DNA of 64,000 nt from an uncultured Eubacterium sp. (lineage in GTDB: Bacteria; Bacillota; Clostridia; Lachnospirales; Lachnospiraceae). Positions within the stretch are counted from its first letter, which is position 1. Each line of letters starts with the position of its first letter. The position numbers and the translations under genes are program-made. The stretch lies in the NCBI GenBank assembly GCA_948848225.1, contig CAQOJF010000001.1, positions 207,849 to 271,848 on the forward strand, given 5' to 3'. Positions 60,149-64,000 of the stretch are shown here, piece by piece. The notes under the pieces were generated by a model. The model was not told the DNA's origin and ran no database searches. It saw nothing but the letters and a program-made list of their open reading frames with translations.

Positions 60149-60467
60149 TCACTTTTTCCTCCAAATCTAAATTCTTACCAATTGCTGCTGCAAATCCCGG
60201 ATTCAGAACTGCCATCGAAGCACGGAACTCTTTTCCCACCGCTTTTCCCAATGTTTCCTTACTGCCATACAGGGCAAAAGGAACCCGGTAATACTGGCAG
60301 GAATTCCTGAATTTTTTCTTCGTATTATCAGAAGCGTCCTCCGCGACGATCACCAGTCTTGCCTTACCGGAACGAATCGCTTCTTCTGTAAGAAATTCCC
60401 CACAGGCTATGTCTCCGGCTCTCATCGCCAATCCAAGAGTTCCCAGTACTTTATTCTTCTGAATCAT
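60126..60467 (-). CDS. L7Ae/YlxQ family RNA-binding protein
   Basis: [29 protein letters not shown]; position in the nusA-infB operon. Confidence 0.92.
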   Translation of the reverse strand: MIQKNKVLGTLGLAMRAGDIACGEFLTEEAIRSGKARLVIVAEDASDNTKKKFRNSCQYYRVPFALYGSKETLGKAVGKEFRASMAVLNPGFAAAIGKNLDLEEKVNGENENI

Positions 60468-60751
60468 TCACTCAACTGCCTTTCTAAATCTTCATAAACT
60501 TCCTCTGACACATTTATTCTAAACGCCCTGCTCAATCCGTTGGTTTTACGCGCTTTTTTCAAACACTCCAGGTCGTCGCACAGATAAGCTCCTCTTCCAT
60601 TTATTTTTCCTGTGCGGTCAATGTAGATCTTTGGTTCAACGCCGGAATCCTCCTCTGGTCCTGACACCTTCACCACCCGGATGAGCTGCTTTTTTTCTTT
60701 GCTTTCCCGACAGCCGATACACTGTCTCATGGGAATCTTTTTCCCCTTCAA
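60464..60751 (-). CDS. ylxR: YlxR (RnpM) family protein
   Basis: P.RQCIGC, LIRVV, GRGAYLC...C. Confidence 0.92.
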   Translation of the reverse strand: MKGKKIPMRQCIGCRESKEKKQLIRVVKVSGPEEDSGVEPKIYIDRTGKINGRGAYLCDDLECLKKARKTNGLSRAFRINVSEEVYEDLERQLSE

Positions 60752-60763
60752 ACGATCAACTCC

Positions 60764-61834
60764 TTACCCTTCAAGGCTCTGCGTCTCGCTCTTGATATCG
60801 ATCTTATATCCGGTCAGTTTTGCCGCAAGCCTTGCATTCTGGCCCTCTTTACCGATGGCAAGGGAGAGCTGGTAATCCGGCACGATCACCAATGCCGTCT
60901 TTTCTTCTGGATCCACCGTAACGGATAATACTCTCGAAGGACTCAGGGCATGCTCGATAAAGATCGCCGGATTTTCGTTCCATTCCACAATGTCGATCTT
61001 CTCACCGCGAAGCTCCTCCACAACGGTATTTACACGGATTCCATTGACGCCGACACAGGCACCCACCGGATCCACGTCCGGATTGGAACTGTACACCGCG
61101 ATCTTGGACCGCGATCCCGCCTCACGGGAAACATTTTTAATCTCTACCACACCACTCTGAATCTCTGCCACCTCGGATTCAAATAATCTCTTCACAAGCT
61201 CCGGATGGGTACGACTGACCGTGATTCTTGGTCCCCTTGTGGTATCTCTTACCTCTGTCACATATACTTTGATCTTTTCATGGGAGCGGAATCTCTCTGT
61301 CTTCACCTGCTCTGCCTCAGTAAGAACCGTATCGACTTTGCCGAGATTCACGGTATAATTTCCATTGGAATAGCGCTGAACTGTACCCGTGATGATATCC
61401 CGTTCTTTGGTATAATACTGATCATAGAGGACTTTCCTCTCCTCCTCGCGGATCTTCTGCACCACAACCTGTTTCGCCTTCTGGGCGGAGATCCTGCCGA
61501 AATTCTTCGGCGTCACCTCAATGCTTACAATAGCCCCTGCCTCTGTCACATTGTGTCTCGCCTCTGCCTCTGTCAGAGACATCTGAAGCATATCATCCTC
61601 TACCTCTTCCACTACCTCTTTATCCTGATATACATGGAATTCTCCTGTGGTATCATCCAGTGTCACACGGATATTATCGGATTTTCCAAACTGATCTTTA
61701 CACGCCGCCAGAAGAGAATTCTGGATGGCGTCGATCAAAATCTCCTTACTGATATCTTTTTCCTTTTCAATCGCCTCCAATGCCTCGATCAATTCGGGAT
61801 TCCCACTTGATACTTTGTTATTTTTCGCTTTCAT
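60764..61834 (-). CDS. nusA: Transcription factor NusA
   Basis: FGRISAQKAKQV, VSRTHP, REAGSRSKIAV, LAIGKEGQNARLA; start could be TTG 61852. Confidence 0.97.
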   Translation of the reverse strand: MKAKNNKVSSGNPELIEALEAIEKEKDISKEILIDAIQNSLLAACKDQFGKSDNIRVTLDDTTGEFHVYQDKEVVEEVEDDMLQMSLTEAEARHNVTEAGAIVSIEVTPKNFGRISAQKAKQVVVQKIREEERKVLYDQYYTKERDIITGTVQRYSNGNYTVNLGKVDTVLTEAEQVKTERFRSHEKIKVYVTEVRDTTRGPRITVSRTHPELVKRLFESEVAEIQSGVVEIKNVSREAGSRSKIAVYSSNPDVDPVGACVGVNGIRVNTVVEELRGEKIDIVEWNENPAIFIEHALSPSRVLSVTVDPEEKTALVIVPDYQLSLAIGKEGQNARLAAKLTGYKIDIKSETQSLEG

Positions 61835-61861
61835 TTTTCCTTTTTCCTCCAATTCTGAATA

Positions 61862-62377
61862 CTAAAAATCAATCGCTTTTCGAATCAATGCAATATCTTT
61901 AATCTCAATCTCCAATTGATCATCACCTTCAAATGCCAGCAGGATCTTCCCTGCGGCAGTTGTGTCCTCGGCAGGCGCGTTATATTCTTTCAAGATGCCG
62001 ACAAATTCTTTATCTGTATATTTTTTTCCATCCTGTTCAAAAGTCACCGGAGCAAACAACTTGACCTCTACATCCTGTCCCAGGTTTCTTATGTAGTCCT
62101 TCGGTTTCTTAAACGGTCTCAGCAGGCCGGGGGAACTTACTTCAAGAATATAGGATTCTTCGATAAAATCCTCTCTGTCCATCAAGTCACTGAGTGCATG
62201 GTTTACAAGGGTCAGATCATCAATGGTGATCCCGCCTTCCTTGTCAATATAAGCCCTCAGATGCCAGTTTCCCGCCTCTTTTACAAATTCCACATCAACG
62301 AGTTCAAAATGATTTTCCTCCAAAATCGGAGTGATCAGCTGTTCTGTACGCTGCTCATAATTCTGATGTTTGCTCAA
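61862..62377 (-). CDS. rimP: Ribosome maturation factor RimP
   Basis: ELVDVEFVKE, LRAYIDKEGGITIDD, Y.LEVSSPG. Confidence 0.96.
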   Translation of the reverse strand: MSKHQNYEQRTEQLITPILEENHFELVDVEFVKEAGNWHLRAYIDKEGGITIDDLTLVNHALSDLMDREDFIEESYILEVSSPGLLRPFKKPKDYIRNLGQDVEVKLFAPVTFEQDGKKYTDKEFVGILKEYNAPAEDTTAAGKILLAFEGDDQLEIEIKDIALIRKAIDF

Positions 62378-62489
62378 AGATAACCCTCTTTCCTTTTATT
62401 CAAATTAAACAACAAACGATGAGAAACACGCTTTGCAGGTTTCTCATGTTCGCAGGCGGCGCCATGGCTTGTGCCTTCCGCGCAAAAAC

Positions 62490-62515
62490 AATGAGTGGAC
62501 TTTCGCCCACTCATT
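62490..62515 (-). promoter_or_regulatory. rimP leader hairpin/attenuator
   Basis: AATGAGTGGGCGAAAGTCCACTCATT followed by GTTTTT upstream of rimP, matching the conserved GAGTGGG...CCACTC leader. Confidence 0.75.
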
Positions 62516-62591
62516 TTCCATCAATAACATTTTCAGTATATCACACGTTTTCCCAAAAAGCAAGGGATTTTGGGATTTTTTTGCACTTTTA

Positions 62592-64000
62592 CTAATTTCC
62601 TGCCAGCGTATACATATTATAGTAGACACCCTGCTGTTCCATCAACTGGGAATGTGTCCCCTCCTCTGCGATCCCTTCCTCAGTCAGAACAAGGATCCTC
62701 TGGGCATTGCGGATGGTGGAAAGCCGGTGGGCGATCACAAAGGTCGTACGGTTTTTCGCCAGTTTTTCCAGCGACTCCTGGACCACTTTCTCACTCTCGT
62801 TATCCAGCGCCGAGGTGGCCTCGTCAAATATAAGGATGGGCGGATTTTTCAAAAATACCCGGGCGATGGAAAGCCGCTGCTTCTGCCCTCCGGACAGCTT
62901 CACGCCCCGCTGTCCGATGTTTGTCTCGTACCCCTCCGGCAGATTCATGATAAACTCATGGGCATTGGCATTCTTCGCCGCCTCTATGATCTCATCCCTG
63001 CCAGCGTCCGGCCTTCCATAACGTATATTGTCGATCACCGTCCCGGCAAAAAGATATACATCCTGCTGAACGACACCGATATTCCGGCGCAGACTTTTCA
63101 GGGAATAATCCCGGATGTCCACTCCGTCAATCCGCACACAACCAAAAGTCACCTCATAAAATCTTGGAATCAGACTGCACAGCGTCGTCTTCCCGGCTCC
63201 CGACGATCCCACCAGCGCCACATATTCTCCTTCCTTTACTTTCAGGCTCACATGGCTGAGTACCTTTTCCTGATCTTCCTCATACCGGAAGCCCACATCA
63301 TCAAACTCTACATCTCCCCGCAGGCTCTCCGCCTCCACTGGGTGTTCTGCTTCCTGGATCTCCGGATCGATGGCAAGGATCTCCCGAAATCTCTCATAGC
63401 CGGAAATCCCGTTCTGGAACTGCTCCGTAAAGTTGATAAGCTTCTGTACCGGCTCAGTGAAATTGTTGATGTAGAGCAGAAATGTGATGAGATCTGGCGC
63501 ATTCAGCGACCCATTGGTCAGGAAAAACGCCCCCACGACGATGACCAGCACCGTGATCATCGTGATAAATGCCGTCAGCCCGGCATGGTACTGTCCCATA
63601 TAAAAATAACTGTTTTTCTTGCTGTCCAGAAACCCCTGGTTTCCTTCCATAAATTTTTCCTGCTCCACATCTTCATTGGCAAAGGATTTGACCACCCGGA
63701 TGCCGGAGAGGTTGTCTTCGATGCGGGCATTGATGTCCGCCACCTTTTCCCGGTTCCGCTTAAAGGCGCGTTTCATTTTCTTATTCAAAATGTAGGCGTA
63801 GACAAACATCACAGGGATCAGGACGAATGCCGCCACCGCAAGCTTAGGATTTACCCAGATCAGTATGGCCAGCGTCCCGATAAACTTAATAAAGGAGATC
63901 ACCACATCTTCCGGCCCGTGATGCAGAAGCTCGGTGATGTCAAACAAGTCATTGGTGATCCGGGACATGAGCTGCCCCACCTTCTGGTTGTCGTAAAAAG
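62592..64000 (-). CDS. ABC transporter fused permease/ATPase (5' end beyond the window)
   Basis: TM domain plus GSSGAGKTT, LSGGQKQR, DEATSALD, IAHRLST. Confidence 0.93.
   Translation of the reverse strand, partial: FYDNQKVGQLMSRITNDLFDITELLHHGPEDVVISFIKFIGTLAILIWVNPKLAVAAFVLIPVMFVYAYILNKKMKRAFKRNREKVADINARIEDNLSGIRVVKSFANEDVEQEKFMEGNQGFLDSKKNSYFYMGQYHAGLTAFITMITVLVIVVGAFFLTNGSLNAPDLITFLLYINNFTEPVQKLINFTEQFQNGISGYERFREILAIDPEIQEAEHPVEAESLRGDVEFDDVGFRYEEDQEKVLSHVSLKVKEGEYVALVGSSGAGKTTLCSLIPRFYEVTFGCVRIDGVDIRDYSLKSLRRNIGVVQQDVYLFAGTVIDNIRYGRPDAGRDEIIEAAKNANAHEFIMNLPEGYETNIGQRGVKLSGGQKQRLSIARVFLKNPPILIFDEATSALDNESEKVVQESLEKLAKNRTTFVIAHRLSTIRNAQRILVLTEEGIAEEGTHSQLMEQQGVYYNMYTLAGN

Overview
A Clostridia chromosomal segment, probably Lachnospiraceae (inferred from gene content and order). 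Most genes lie on the minus strand. Core content: rimP-nusA-ylxR-L7Ae-infB-rbfA-DHH-truB-ribF, scpAB, purMND-glyA, folD-rimO-pgsA-cinA, cmk-ispH-rpsA-cheR, and plsX-rnc-smc-ftsY-ilvA-hisZGD. Three accessory patches stand out. (1) At the left edge, a divergent TetR with a duplicated operator faces an SCP2 lipid carrier, an alpha/beta hydrolase and a stand-alone NRPS condensation-domain gene that the ORF track missed. This matches the start of a gut-Clostridia fatty-acid-amide-type cluster. (2) A BlaI / M56 peptidase / DUF6033-like module has a perfect 29-bp operator palindrome superimposed on a sigma28-like promoter, and sits next to a secreted Ig-like + GH115 enzyme. (3) A 35.8-42.9 kb mosaic holds an IS3 relic, a GH31, an orphan CdiI-like immunity gene, a 210-bp internally deleted IS1182-like MITE, a MerR with a 19-bp-spacer promoter, and a BcrR-like membrane regulator with a peptide-resistance ABC transporter. 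A multi-hairpin element precedes plsX, and Pho-box-like repeats precede a Na/Pi transporter. I saw no rRNA, tRNA, CRISPR array or intact transposase. Family assignments come from motif recognition by eye, not database searches.
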